From an uncultured Pelagibacteraceae bacterium (GTDB lineage: Bacteria; Pseudomonadota; Alphaproteobacteria; Pelagibacterales; Pelagibacteraceae), in contig CACNTW010000003.1 of the NCBI GenBank assembly GCA_902623495.1, forward strand, positions 36,240 through 100,239: a DNA stretch of 64,000 bases, read 5' to 3'. How positions within the stretch are numbered: the stretch's first letter is position 1; every line of letters begins with the position of its first letter. The notes under the pieces are model-generated. The model was given only the letters and a program-made list of their open reading frames with translations. It did no database searches and was not told where the DNA came from. Both the position numbers and the translations under genes were made by a program. Of this stretch, positions 1 through 10,073 are shown piece by piece.

Positions 1-633
1 CTTAAAATTGGTATTCAATGGTTTCTTTCAAAAAGTGGCCCATGTTCTACTTCATTTTTAGAAGCAGGTGGTTTTTGCAAGTCGTCAGAAGACAAAAGCT
101 ATCCGAATATTCAATTTCATTTTTTTCCAGCATTTGTAATCGATCATGGATTAGTTGACCCTGACAGACATGGTTATCAATTACATGCAAGTTTGAATCA
201 ACCTAAAAGTAGAGGACATATTAAATTAAATAGTTCAAATCCATACGATTACCCAAAAATTCAATTTAATTATTTAGAAGATGAATATGATTTAAAAGAA
301 ACAATTAAATGTGTTCGTGTAGCTAGAAAGATTTTAGGTCAAGACTCAATGAAGCCTTATGCTGGAAAAGAGATTGGTCCAGGTGAAAGTGCAACTAATG
401 ATGAGCAAATTACAGAGTATATTAGATCAAAAGCCGAGACAGCTTATCATCCTTCCTGTACATTAAAAATGGGTGTGGACAGAATGGCGGTAGTTGACGA
501 AAAATTGAAAGTTCACGGTTTAGAAAATTTAAGGGTTGCAGATGCCTCGGTTATGCCAGAAATTACAAGTGGTAATTTAAATGCACCTACTTTAATGATA
601 GGTGAAAGAGCAGCTGATTTTATCCTTAATTAG
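1..633 (+). CDS. GMC family oxidoreductase (choline dehydrogenase-like), C-terminal part; gene starts before the window
   Basis: Frame is open from base 1 (LKIGIQWFLSKSGP...IQFHF). C-terminal GMC motifs: AYHPSCTLKMG, VHGLENLRVADASVMP, GNLNAPTLMIGERAAD. The ORF-track start at 193 is internal. Confidence 0.9.
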   Translation, partial: LKIGIQWFLSKSGPCSTSFLEAGGFCKSSEDKSYPNIQFHFFPAFVIDHGLVDPDRHGYQLHASLNQPKSRGHIKLNSSNPYDYPKIQFNYLEDEYDLKETIKCVRVARKILGQDSMKPYAGKEIGPGESATNDEQITEYIRSKAETAYHPSCTLKMGVDRMAVVDEKLKVHGLENLRVADASVMPEITSGNLNAPTLMIGERAADFILN

Positions 634-1102
634 TCTCAAGATATTCTTTATATCTATCTAAACTTTCTTTAGGCCAAGCAATTTTTGGATCATACATTTC
701 ATTATAGCAAATATTTTTGTCTGCAATATTTATCCATGGATCCTTATCTTTTACAAATATATGTGCTTGAGGTGGAAAGTCTTTCGGTTTCAAAAGAGTC
801 TTTGTTCTAACTGTTAATCGTCTAATTGCAAATTCATAATCGGCATAAATATAAACCCCGCATTTTTTACAAAAGTAATGAGTACATTTTTTCCCACTTC
901 CTGCAATCAATTCAGCTTTTAAAAGTTCACCACTAATTTTTAAAGAATCTTCAAAAATACTAGTATTCATTACATAAGATGATCCAGTTAATTTTTTGCA
1001 ATCTAAACAATGGCAGACCTGAGTAAAAAGAGGTTTGCTGTTTATTGAATACTTTACACTCCCACAAATACATCCACCATAAATTGGTTCAAAATCATTC
1101 AT
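626..1102 (-). CDS. GFA/CENP-V family Zn-binding protein
   Basis: GGCICGSVKY, CHCLDCKK and FCKKCG cysteine pattern typical of the GFA family. Confidence 0.85.
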   Translation of the reverse strand: MNDFEPIYGGCICGSVKYSINSKPLFTQVCHCLDCKKLTGSSYVMNTSIFEDSLKISGELLKAELIAGSGKKCTHYFCKKCGVYIYADYEFAIRRLTVRTKTLLKPKDFPPQAHIFVKDKDPWINIADKNICYNEMYDPKIAWPKESLDRYKEYLETN

Positions 1103-1160
1103 TTCTTTAAGAGTATCTTATTAATTATGAAGGTTAAAGTTTTTTTGATATAGGTGCGAT

Positions 1161-2108
1161 ATGCAAACAAACGATAATACAAAAGGTATTTTGTTTATTA
1201 TGACTGGAATGGCCTTTTTTTCCATTCAAGATTCATTAATAAAATTTATTTTTGAAGATATTGCATTATTTGAGTTATATTTGGGAAGAACTTTAATACA
1301 AGCTACTATTCTCATATCTTTTTTTTTAATAACAAAAAAAAAAATTACTCTTAAAACACATTATCCTTTTTTGACTTTAGTTAGGGTTGTTTGTTTCTTT
1401 TTTGGATTTGCTTTTTTTTATATTTCTTTAACTTTTATGTCTTTAGCAATGGTTAGTGCTTTGTTTTTCTCATGTCCTTTCTTTATGTCTATGTTTGCTA
1501 AATTTTTCTTAAATGAAAAAATTGGAATTAGAAGATGGAGTGCAATTGTTGTAGGTTTTATAGGTGTATTAATTGTACTTAATCCAACAATTGAAGAATT
1601 TAATTTTTTCAAATTAGCACCTGTAGGATGTGCACTTTGTTATGCATGCTCAATGACAATTACAAAATATACTTCTGATAAAGACAATATTTATACTCAA
1701 ATGACCTTGCTTTATATTTTTGCTGTTATTGTAAGTTTAATTATTTATCTTGTTAGTGGAGATGGAAAATTTAATAATTTTTCTGATCCTACTTTACAGT
1801 TTATTGTGAGAGAATGGTTTACTAACCCTTCAGCTTCATGGCCATATGTTTTAGTTATGGGAATTGTAGCTTCAATATCATTTTTTTGTGTTTTTTCTGC
1901 TTATAGCATTGCGTCACCATCCATAATTTCATTATTTGAATATTCTTATATAATTTTTGCTATGATCGCTGGTTATATTCTATTTGAAACCATCCCAACT
2001 CCCCGAACTTTTTTTGGAGCAGGAATTATTGTCGCTGCTGGAGTATATATTTATTTCAGAGAAAAGGTTAGAAATCAAATGATAGCTTCCGATACGCCAA
2101 ATAGATAA
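1161..2108 (+). CDS. DMT/EamA family transporter
   Basis: About 10 hydrophobic segments in two repeats; FLNEKIGIRRWSAIVVGFIGVLIV and ISLFEYSYIIFA motifs. Confidence 0.85.
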   Translation: MQTNDNTKGILFIMTGMAFFSIQDSLIKFIFEDIALFELYLGRTLIQATILISFFLITKKKITLKTHYPFLTLVRVVCFFFGFAFFYISLTFMSLAMVSALFFSCPFFMSMFAKFFLNEKIGIRRWSAIVVGFIGVLIVLNPTIEEFNFFKLAPVGCALCYACSMTITKYTSDKDNIYTQMTLLYIFAVIVSLIIYLVSGDGKFNNFSDPTLQFIVREWFTNPSASWPYVLVMGIVASISFFCVFSAYSIASPSIISLFEYSYIIFAMIAGYILFETIPTPRTFFGAGIIVAAGVYIYFREKVRNQMIASDTPNR

Positions 2109-2113
2109 AATTA

Positions 2114-5100
2114 ATGAAAGTTAAATTATTTTTTTTTTTTATTTTTTTTAATCTAATCAATCTAAATAATGCATTAGCAGTTAATTTTAAAAATTATTCT
2201 GAACTAGATAAATGTTTAGATAATTATGTTACATTTACTAATTTTAAATTTCAGCTTAAAAAATGTTTTAAAGATCAGGGCATCAACATCAAAAATGATT
2301 CAATAAAATTAATTGAAAACAAAAGTGGTATTATTAATGATATTATTGATTTAAAACTTCCAGATAAAGAAATTATTGCTAAAAAAAAAAGTTTTAAACA
2401 AAAATTAAATGAAATTTTTAATCCAGATTTAGATAAAATTGCACAAGAAGAAAGTATATTTAATAAAAAGTCTGTATTCTCTGAAAATTATAATGAAGCA
2501 AAAAATTTCAATCTTAATGATAAAGATTTTAAGAAATTAAATGATCATATAAGGAATAACCCTAAAGATATATATGCTCTCACAGAAGACATAAATTATT
2601 TATCATTTGATATGGGTTATTTAGCAGAATTCAAAAGACAAGAGTTGCTTTTAAATATTTATAACTCATTTGATACTATATATTTTAATAGTTTAGCTCC
2701 AGATACAATTATTTCAAATTCTGTATTAGGAAGTCCAAACTTGGGAGTTGCTGCTGCAGTTGGAATAGTTGGATTAGCTGTTGGTGGTGGAGGCGGAGGT
2801 GGAGGTAGTAATTCATCAGATGCGGCCACTATTTCATTTAGTAAATCATCTAGCAGTATCAGTGAATGTGGTACGTCAATTACATTTACAGCAAATTTAA
2901 CTAAAGCTCATACATCTAATGTTTCAATTAATTACAGCACAGGAGGAACAGCAACTGATGGTGTTGATTATAATTTGTCATCAACAAGTTCTACAATTAT
3001 AGCTGGTGGAACTTCTGCATCAATAACATTATCTCCAGTAAATGATAATACTAATGAAACGTCTGAAACAGTTATCGTAACAGCTAGTACAACAGATGTA
3101 ACTTCCACTGGTAACACTAGCACTACTATAACTATTCATGATTATGTTCTGGCTTGTAATTCAACCGCTTATTCTGAAGATACATCGGTTCAAAATACAA
3201 TTAAGAGTAGGTCTGGATGGACCTTGGTAGATCAATCTAGTAACAATGTGCACCCTTATGAATTATTTAATTTACATAAAGCGCATTCTTACAAAAATAG
3301 TGGAGGACAATATTTAACTGGTGAAGGTGAAACAATATTTATTATAGATGATAAATTTACTCCTGCTCATGATACCTATACCAATAAGACTGTTACAGTT
3401 ATTGATGTAACAACCCCAAGTAATAGTTCAACTAATCATGGAGATCATGTAGCTAGCATTGCTGCAGGTGATATCAATGGAACAACTCATGGAGTTGCCC
3501 CAGATGCAGATCTTGTACTTGCATCTTTTGATACAAGTTCTTATGCAAATTTAGCCACTGATTATGATACAGCTAGAATTAATCATGCACCTATAGTTGT
3601 TAATAATAGCTGGGGAATACAACAAGGTTGTGTTGGAGGTTCATGCACAAGTGCATTAACATTTGACGAAGTTAAAACGGCCGCAACTAATAATGGGGTT
3701 ACTATTAGAGAGCAGTTAGCAAATAACTGGGGAGGTTCAGCGGCTGTATCTAGTTACATTACAGCAATGGATAATTTTCAAAACAATGGAGTAATTGTCT
3801 GGGCAAGTTCTAATTATGTAAATGATAGTGATGTTGGTTTAGAAGGAGGATTGCCTGCTTATTTTGATGGGGTACAAGACTCAGTTGATTTATCTGATGC
3901 TTGGTTATCAGTTATGTGGGCAGAATTCACTGGCACATCCTTAACTGGAGCTACAGAGTCTGATTTTAATAGATTAGGTAATCCTTGTGGAAACGCCAAA
4001 GAATGGTGTTTAGTAGTTGATGACCAAGAAATAGGAGCAGCTGGATACGTTGACACTGGAGGAACAAGTCAATGGATGGTTAATGGTGGATCTTCTATGG
4101 GCGCTCCTCAAGTTTCAGGAATGATAGCTTTACTTGGTCAAGCTTTCCCAAATCACACCCCAGAACAACTAACTGATAGGTTATTAGCATCTGCAAACAA
4201 TTCTTGGTTTACACCTTCAGGAAACACAACATTTACTACTCATGGAGCATCAATTAAACACGGCTATAATGATACATGGGGTCATGGTGTTCCTGATCTC
4301 TATGCGGCCTTATCACCAATAACCACAAGTAAGAATCCTTTATCATTTGGTGGTGGAGGTGGATCTGGAGGAGGAGGATCAGGAGGTGGTGGTGGCTCTG
4401 GAAATGCTATGCCTTTTTCAGCAATGAAGAAATATCCAGTTTCACAAACATCATTTACTTCATCTAGCTCACTAGGTAATTCTATTTCTAATGGACTAAA
4501 AAATAAATATACCTACGCCTACGATGCCCTTCATGGTGGTTTCAAATTATATTTATCAGATTTTATAAACGAAGATGATTTAGAAAGCCAAAAAATTGAA
4601 ATTAATTTAAAAGATGAAATTGAAAAATTGAATAGTTTTGAAACCCACAATAAAATATCCAAAAATATGTTCAAAGGAGAATTTTTTAATTTTAAAAATC
4701 AATATAATTACGGTTCAAGCATCACATTAGATAACCCAAGTTTAGCTATTCAAAATACTATTCCAAAAAATAATTTTTATACAAACCCATTTCTATCAGA
4801 AAATAATGGAGTAGGTTTAAATCAGAAAATATATATCTCAGGAAATGATTTATTTTTAAGTTATAATAATTCAAAACTAAATCCTTTAACAAATATAAAT
4901 CATGATATTATTTTACCGTTAGAGACGTTTGCAGTATCATTTAATTTAAACAACAATTTGTTTGAAAAATTTTCACTAACTGCTGGTATATTAAAAGAAA
5001 ATGAAAGTTTTCTTCTCTCTGAGTCTAGTGGAGCCTTTGGATTTGAAAATGAGAGTGTTACAAACTTTTATGGAATAAATTTAATAAAAAATTTTAATAA

Positions 5101-5524
5101 AAATAGTAATTTATCATTCAGCAATACCATTGGTTTTTCAAATTTTAAGAATAATAATAATACTTTTGTTCTAGGATCTTCAGATGTAATGAGTACAAGC
5201 TTCGAAATTGACTATGAAGTAAACAACTTTTTTGGAAATGATAAATTTAATTTAACATTTTCCCAACCAAATAGAGTTGAAAAAGGAGAGATGAATTTTA
5301 GATTAATTGGTCTATCAGATAAAAATGGAATAATACCATTTAAAGATCATAAAATTAATTTAAGTCCTTCAGGAAGACAAAAAGATTTAACTCTAAGTTA
5401 TAAAAAATTTATAAATAAAAATATTAGATTAGGATTAAAGACTATTATAACCGATGATATTGGACATATTAAAGATAGAGATTTAAATACTGAATTTCTT
5501 TTAACTGGGTCTGTAAGTTTTTAA
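2114..5524 (+). CDS. Large exported S8 (subtilisin-like) serine peptidase with Calx-beta-like domain and C-terminal beta-barrel-like region (autotransporter-like)
   Basis: Signal peptide. Calx-beta-like segment (GGTATDGVDY...DNTNETSETVIV). Catalytic D (IFIIDD), H (NHGDHVASIAAG), oxyanion N (WASSN), S (GSSMGAPQVSG). C-terminal beta-strand pattern ending in Phe. Confidence 0.85.
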   Translation: MKVKLFFFFIFFNLINLNNALAVNFKNYSELDKCLDNYVTFTNFKFQLKKCFKDQGINIKNDSIKLIENKSGIINDIIDLKLPDKEIIAKKKSFKQKLNEIFNPDLDKIAQEESIFNKKSVFSENYNEAKNFNLNDKDFKKLNDHIRNNPKDIYALTEDINYLSFDMGYLAEFKRQELLLNIYNSFDTIYFNSLAPDTIISNSVLGSPNLGVAAAVGIVGLAVGGGGGGGGSNSSDAATISFSKSSSSISECGTSITFTANLTKAHTSNVSINYSTGGTATDGVDYNLSSTSSTIIAGGTSASITLSPVNDNTNETSETVIVTASTTDVTSTGNTSTTITIHDYVLACNSTAYSEDTSVQNTIKSRSGWTLVDQSSNNVHPYELFNLHKAHSYKNSGGQYLTGEGETIFIIDDKFTPAHDTYTNKTVTVIDVTTPSNSSTNHGDHVASIAAGDINGTTHGVAPDADLVLASFDTSSYANLATDYDTARINHAPIVVNNSWGIQQGCVGGSCTSALTFDEVKTAATNNGVTIREQLANNWGGSAAVSSYITAMDNFQNNGVIVWASSNYVNDSDVGLEGGLPAYFDGVQDSVDLSDAWLSVMWAEFTGTSLTGATESDFNRLGNPCGNAKEWCLVVDDQEIGAAGYVDTGGTSQWMVNGGSSMGAPQVSGMIALLGQAFPNHTPEQLTDRLLASANNSWFTPSGNTTFTTHGASIKHGYNDTWGHGVPDLYAALSPITTSKNPLSFGGGGGSGGGGSGGGGGSGNAMPFSAMKKYPVSQTSFTSSSSLGNSISNGLKNKYTYAYDALHGGFKLYLSDFINEDDLESQKIEINLKDEIEKLNSFETHNKISKNMFKGEFFNFKNQYNYGSSITLDNPSLAIQNTIPKNNFYTNPFLSENNGVGLNQKIYISGNDLFLSYNNSKLNPLTNINHDIILPLETFAVSFNLNNNLFEKFSLTAGILKENESFLLSESSGAFGFENESVTNFYGINLIKNFNKNSNLSFSNTIGFSNFKNNNNTFVLGSSDVMSTSFEIDYEVNNFFGNDKFNLTFSQPNRVEKGEMNFRLIGLSDKNGIIPFKDHKINLSPSGRQKDLTLSYKKFINKNIRLGLKTIITDDIGHIKDRDLNTEFLLTGSVSF

Positions 5525-5623
5525 AAAATAAATTTTTGTTAATAATTTATTAATATTCTGCGATAAAATTGATAATTTTCTCATTGAAATTATAATTTAA
5601 TAAGATTTAATTTTGATTATATA

Positions 5624-5637
5624 AATTGTTAACAATT
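5624..5637. promoter_or_regulatory. 14-bp perfect palindrome AATTGTTAACAATT, candidate operator
   Basis: Perfect dyad immediately upstream of the RBS (GAGGA) of the 5648 binding-protein gene. No cognate regulator is visible in the window. Confidence 0.3.
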
Positions 5638-5647
5638 AGAGGATAAT

Positions 5648-6877
5648 ATGGCAGAAACAAAGAAAAATAACTTGGGAATTATAATTATTGGAGCAATCAT
5701 CGTGATTGCTGCAATTTTTTATTTTGCGCAACAGCAAACTAAAATTGGGGAAAAGCAAGATATTAAGATTGGAATAATCTTAGGCTTTACTGGACCGATT
5801 GAATCTTTAACACCTGCAATGGCTGCTTCAGCAGAGCTTGCTTTTAAAGAAGCTTCTGATTCAGGATCCCTGTTAAATGGATCAACTATCACAACACAAA
5901 GAGCAGACTCGACATGCGTTGACTCAGCTGCTGCAGTTACAGCAGCAGAAGGGCTTGTTTCAGGTGGAGTAAATGCAATTATGGGAGCAGACTGTTCAGG
6001 AGTAACTGGAGCAATAGCTAAAAATGTTGCAGTTCCAAATGGAGTAGTAATGATATCGCCTTCTGCAACATCACCAGGGTTAACAGACCTTGCTGATAAT
6101 GGTTTCTTTTTTAGAACTGCACCATCTGATGCTAGAGGAGGACAAGTACTTGCGGACATTACTAAAGACAGAGGAGTTAAAAGTATTGCAATAACCTATA
6201 CGAACAATGATTATGGCAAAGGTTTAGCCGATGTTTATGAAGGTGCCATTAAAGCGCATGGAATTAATGTAACTGTGGTTACTTCACATGAAGAAGGTAA
6301 AGCAGATTATGGTGCGGAGGTAGCAACACTAGCAGCTGCTGGTGGTGATGCAGTTGCAGTATTAGGTTATCTTGATCAAGGTGGTGGAATGATCATACAA
6401 GGATCATTAGACTCCGGTGCTTTTGATACATTTGTTTTATCAGATGGAATGATAGGTGACTCGCTAACTGATAGATTTGGAGATAGTCTAAACAAATCAT
6501 TTGGTTCATTACCTGGATCGATGGGTAAGGGAGCTGGATTGTTTGGAGAAGTTGCTAAAGCAGCAGGAATTGACTCTTCAGGACCATATACAGGTGAGTC
6601 ATATGATGCTGCAGCGCTTATGACATTAGCAATGCAAGCAGGAGGTTCTGCTGATAGATCTGTAATCCAAAGCAACATAATGAGTGTAGCAAATTCACCA
6701 GGAGTTAAAATTTTTCCAGGTGAATTAAAAAAGGCTTTAGATTTGCTTGCTGAGGGTAAAGAAATAAATTATGAAGGTGCTACCGCAGTTGAGCTAACTG
6801 ATGTTGGTGAAGCTTTTGGATCTTTTTTAGAGAAAGAAATAAAAGGTGGAAAATTTCAAAATAAAGCTCAAAGATAA
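5648..6877 (+). CDS. HAAT-family ABC transporter substrate-binding protein (LivJ/K-like)
   Basis: IKIGIILGFTGP, MISPSATSP, FFRTAPSD, YTNNDYGKG, YDAAAL motifs of periplasmic binding protein type 1. Confidence 0.9.
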   Translation: MAETKKNNLGIIIIGAIIVIAAIFYFAQQQTKIGEKQDIKIGIILGFTGPIESLTPAMAASAELAFKEASDSGSLLNGSTITTQRADSTCVDSAAAVTAAEGLVSGGVNAIMGADCSGVTGAIAKNVAVPNGVVMISPSATSPGLTDLADNGFFFRTAPSDARGGQVLADITKDRGVKSIAITYTNNDYGKGLADVYEGAIKAHGINVTVVTSHEEGKADYGAEVATLAAAGGDAVAVLGYLDQGGGMIIQGSLDSGAFDTFVLSDGMIGDSLTDRFGDSLNKSFGSLPGSMGKGAGLFGEVAKAAGIDSSGPYTGESYDAAALMTLAMQAGGSADRSVIQSNIMSVANSPGVKIFPGELKKALDLLAEGKEINYEGATAVELTDVGEAFGSFLEKEIKGGKFQNKAQR

Positions 6878-6883
6878 CTAAAA

Positions 6884-6924
6884 TTTTAAAACCCCAGTTC
6901 GATTAACTTGCTGGGGTTTTAAAA
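6884..6924. terminator. Bidirectional rho-independent terminator
   Basis: Perfect 14-bp stem TTTTAAAACCCCAG / CTGGGGTTTTAAAA between convergent genes 5648..6877(+) and 6989..8359(-). Confidence 0.85.
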
Positions 6925-6988
6925 AAGATATTTGTCGGATAAATAAAAAATTAAGCCTATTACTATACCTAAAAGAATATAATACATT

Positions 6989-8359
6989 TTATTGTTTAAT
7001 TATTTTTTCTGGTATTATTCCTTGAGGCCTATATCTCATGATTAAAAGTAATCCTATTCCTATTAATAAAAATCTAAAATATGGAGCGCTTTCAACTAGA
7101 TGTGATCTTATCATGTTAGTTTCTGGAAGATGAGCGGTAAACAAATCAATTAAAAATAAAGATATTGGTGCTGCTTCCACCCACAAAAACCAGACGACAA
7201 ATCCTCCAAGAATAGCACCAAAGTTGTTACCTGTTCCACCTACAATAACCATTACCCATATTACAAAAGTATATCGCATTGGTCTGTAGCTTCCTGGAGT
7301 AAAAAGACCATCATTTGTGACCATCATTGCACCTGCCAAACCTACTATTGCAGAACCTAAGATAAATATAAGCAAGTGCTCTTTAACTATATTCTTTCCC
7401 ATTGCGCTTGCTGCCACTTCGTTATCTCTAATAGCTCTCATTTTTCTCCCCCATGGAGAGTATAAGGCTTTTTGAGTAACAATTAGTAAGATAACAACTA
7501 CTGATAAAAACAAACCAGTGAAACATAGTTTTACAAAAATTGATGATGCATCAATAACTAGTTGATTTAGAATAATTTTTTTCTGAGCAATAGTATTTAC
7601 TAATTCTAGTTTATTTGAGTAGATTTTTTCAATAAAATCCCTAAACCATTGAGTTTTTTGTAAATCAACTTCGTAAGGAGCTGGTCTTTTTAGACCTATA
7701 ACATTTTTTACTCCTCTAGCCAACCATTCTTCATGTTTAATAATTGACACAATTATCTCTGCAATAAGAAGTGTTGCAATAGCAAGATAGTCCGCTCTTA
7801 ATCCTAAAGCAATTTTTCCAATAATAAACGCAAGAGCACCTGCAAGAAAAGCTCCTATAATCCATGACATTAATACAGGTAACCCCATTCCTCCCAAAAA
7901 TCCCGACACAGCAGGATCTACAGACTCTATAGCCTCTATTCCTGGGGTTGCAGTAACTCTAATTAAAATAACTCCAGCTATAATTAGAAAAACTATGAAA
8001 TAATTTCTTATTAATGATTTCTCAAACCTTTTTAAAATAAATCTCGTTATAAATACAATCGCTACAATTATCCAAATACTACCTAAAATATTTAATCCAC
8101 CGACCTGCCATGCTTTTTTAACAGGATCAACGGAGACAAGTACAACCGCTAAACCACCTAAGGCGGTATAACCCATTATACCAAAGTTAATTAAACCAGC
8201 ATATCCCCACTGAATATTTGCTCCTATTGTCATTACTGCTGAGATCAAACAATAATTTAAGATTGTAAGAGCAATTGACCAGGATTGGAAGAGACCAACA
8301 CAAATTATTAATAATAACATTATTATATATGCATAAATTACGTTTTCATAATTTCTCAT
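6989..8359 (-). CDS. livM: HAAT ABC permease (LivM-like)
   Basis: NIQWGYAGLINFG, LRADYLAIATL, SPWGRKMRAIRDNEVAA, VIVGGTGN motifs. Confidence 0.9.
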   Translation of the reverse strand: MRNYENVIYAYIIMLLLIICVGLFQSWSIALTILNYCLISAVMTIGANIQWGYAGLINFGIMGYTALGGLAVVLVSVDPVKKAWQVGGLNILGSIWIIVAIVFITRFILKRFEKSLIRNYFIVFLIIAGVILIRVTATPGIEAIESVDPAVSGFLGGMGLPVLMSWIIGAFLAGALAFIIGKIALGLRADYLAIATLLIAEIIVSIIKHEEWLARGVKNVIGLKRPAPYEVDLQKTQWFRDFIEKIYSNKLELVNTIAQKKIILNQLVIDASSIFVKLCFTGLFLSVVVILLIVTQKALYSPWGRKMRAIRDNEVAASAMGKNIVKEHLLIFILGSAIVGLAGAMMVTNDGLFTPGSYRPMRYTFVIWVMVIVGGTGNNFGAILGGFVVWFLWVEAAPISLFLIDLFTAHLPETNMIRSHLVESAPYFRFLLIGIGLLLIMRYRPQGIIPEKIIKQ

Positions 8360-9366
8360 ATAGTTTTCCCTTTGAAAATACCAGATGGTCTTATTAATAA
8401 AACAATTACCAATATTGAAAATGATACTACAAATTTATAATCTGTTGAAAGAAGTTGCATAAGAGAGTTTGGTTCTAAGCTTGATGGCAACAAATATGCA
8501 ACGAATTTTTTATAAGAATATGTAAGTAAAATTTCAGCAAATGCAATTACATATCCCCCAAAAAAAGCCCCATATGGGTTTCCGATTCCTCCAACAATTG
8601 CTGCAGCAAATATTGGAAGCATATTATTAAAATAAACAAAAGGTCTATAACTTTTATCTAAACCGTATAATACTCCACCTATAGTTGCTAAAATTCCTGC
8701 AATGACCCATGTTATCAAAACAACTCTCTTAGGATCTATACCAGACAATAATGCTAAATCTTCATTGTCTGAATAAGCTCTCATGCTTGTTCCTGTTTTT
8801 GTTCTATTTAAAAACCAAAACATTATTGAAACTACTATTAAAGTTACTATGATTGTTATTGCTTGTGTTGACTTTAAAGTGATACCTTCTGCTAAACCAG
8901 TCATTTCTTTAAATTCTGTTGCTTTAATTATAAACTTTTCACCATCTAAAAATCTTCTATCAGATGGTCCAATGATTATTCTGATTATGGCTTGGGTAAC
9001 AAACATTACTCCAACACTGACCATTGCAAACTGGACTGGGGGACTTTTTTTTATCCTATAATAACTGAAAACAAATTTGTCTATGATTAACATATATAAA
9101 ATCATCATTAAGATTGCGAAAGGAATTGTTAAAAGTGCTGTTGGTAAAACACCTAATCCTATACCTAAGGATTGAAAGTAATATGTTAGAATAACAGTGA
9201 ACATTGTTCCAAAAGACATCATGTCTCCAGTTGCAAAATTAGCAAATCTTAAGACTGCGTAAATTAAAGTAACAAAAATTGCACCTAAAGCTAATTGTGA
9301 ACCATAAGCTAGCGCAGGTATTAATGTATAATTAAAAAGTACAATTATTGCGTTTAAAAAATCCAT
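8356..9366 (-). CDS. livH: HAAT ABC permease (LivH-like)
   Basis: LRFANFATG, TKTGTSMRAYSDNEDLALLSGI, AIVGGIGNPYGA motifs. Confidence 0.9.
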   Translation of the reverse strand: MDFLNAIIVLFNYTLIPALAYGSQLALGAIFVTLIYAVLRFANFATGDMMSFGTMFTVILTYYFQSLGIGLGVLPTALLTIPFAILMMILYMLIIDKFVFSYYRIKKSPPVQFAMVSVGVMFVTQAIIRIIIGPSDRRFLDGEKFIIKATEFKEMTGLAEGITLKSTQAITIIVTLIVVSIMFWFLNRTKTGTSMRAYSDNEDLALLSGIDPKRVVLITWVIAGILATIGGVLYGLDKSYRPFVYFNNMLPIFAAAIVGGIGNPYGAFFGGYVIAFAEILLTYSYKKFVAYLLPSSLEPNSLMQLLSTDYKFVVSFSILVIVLLIRPSGIFKGKTI

Positions 9367-10073
9367 TATGCTCCCAAAAATGATCTACGAACTTCGGGAT
9401 CCTCAAGTAAATCATTACCAGATCCCTCAAATTTATTTTGACCTGTTACCAATACATAGCCTCTATCTGAAATACTTAATGCTTGCTTTGCGTTTTGCTC
9501 AACCATAATAACGGCAACATTTGTTTTTTTAACTTTTATTATATGTTCAAACAATTCATCCATTACAATTGGAGAAACTCCAGCTGTGGGCTCATCTAAC
9601 ATAAGAACTGATGGATCGCTCATTAGAGCTCTCCCAAGAGCGACTTGCTGACGTTGTCCACCAGATAATTGTCCGACGACTTGGGATTTTTTTTCACTCA
9701 AGATTGGAAATAAACTATAAATACTCTCAATTTTACTTTCTAAACTCCCTTCTGTCAAAAAGCCACCGATCTCTAAATTTTCTCTAACAGTTAATTCTGC
9801 AAATACATTTCTTGTTTGTGGAACAAATGAAATACCCTTCTTTACTCGATCTTGAGGATTAATTTTTGAAATATTTTCACCATTCAAAGTTACAGAGCCT
9901 GATTTTAATTTTAATAATCCGAGCATCGCTTTCATAGCTGTTGATTTGCCAGCACCATTGGGACCTAGAATAGCTACTATCTCTCCCCTATTGGCAGCAA
10001 TGGAACATGAACTAATAATATTAGGGCCATCCCCATAACCTGCAGTCATTTTTACTCCTTCAAAGTATGCCAT
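9366..10073 (-). CDS. livF: HAAT ABC ATP-binding protein (LivF-like)
   Basis: Walker A GPNGAGKST, signature LSGGQRQ, LDEPTAG, VEQNA. Confidence 0.92.
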   Translation of the reverse strand: MAYFEGVKMTAGYGDGPNIISSCSIAANRGEIVAILGPNGAGKSTAMKAMLGLLKLKSGSVTLNGENISKINPQDRVKKGISFVPQTRNVFAELTVRENLEIGGFLTEGSLESKIESIYSLFPILSEKKSQVVGQLSGGQRQQVALGRALMSDPSVLMLDEPTAGVSPIVMDELFEHIIKVKKTNVAVIMVEQNAKQALSISDRGYVLVTGQNKFEGSGNDLLEDPEVRRSFLGA

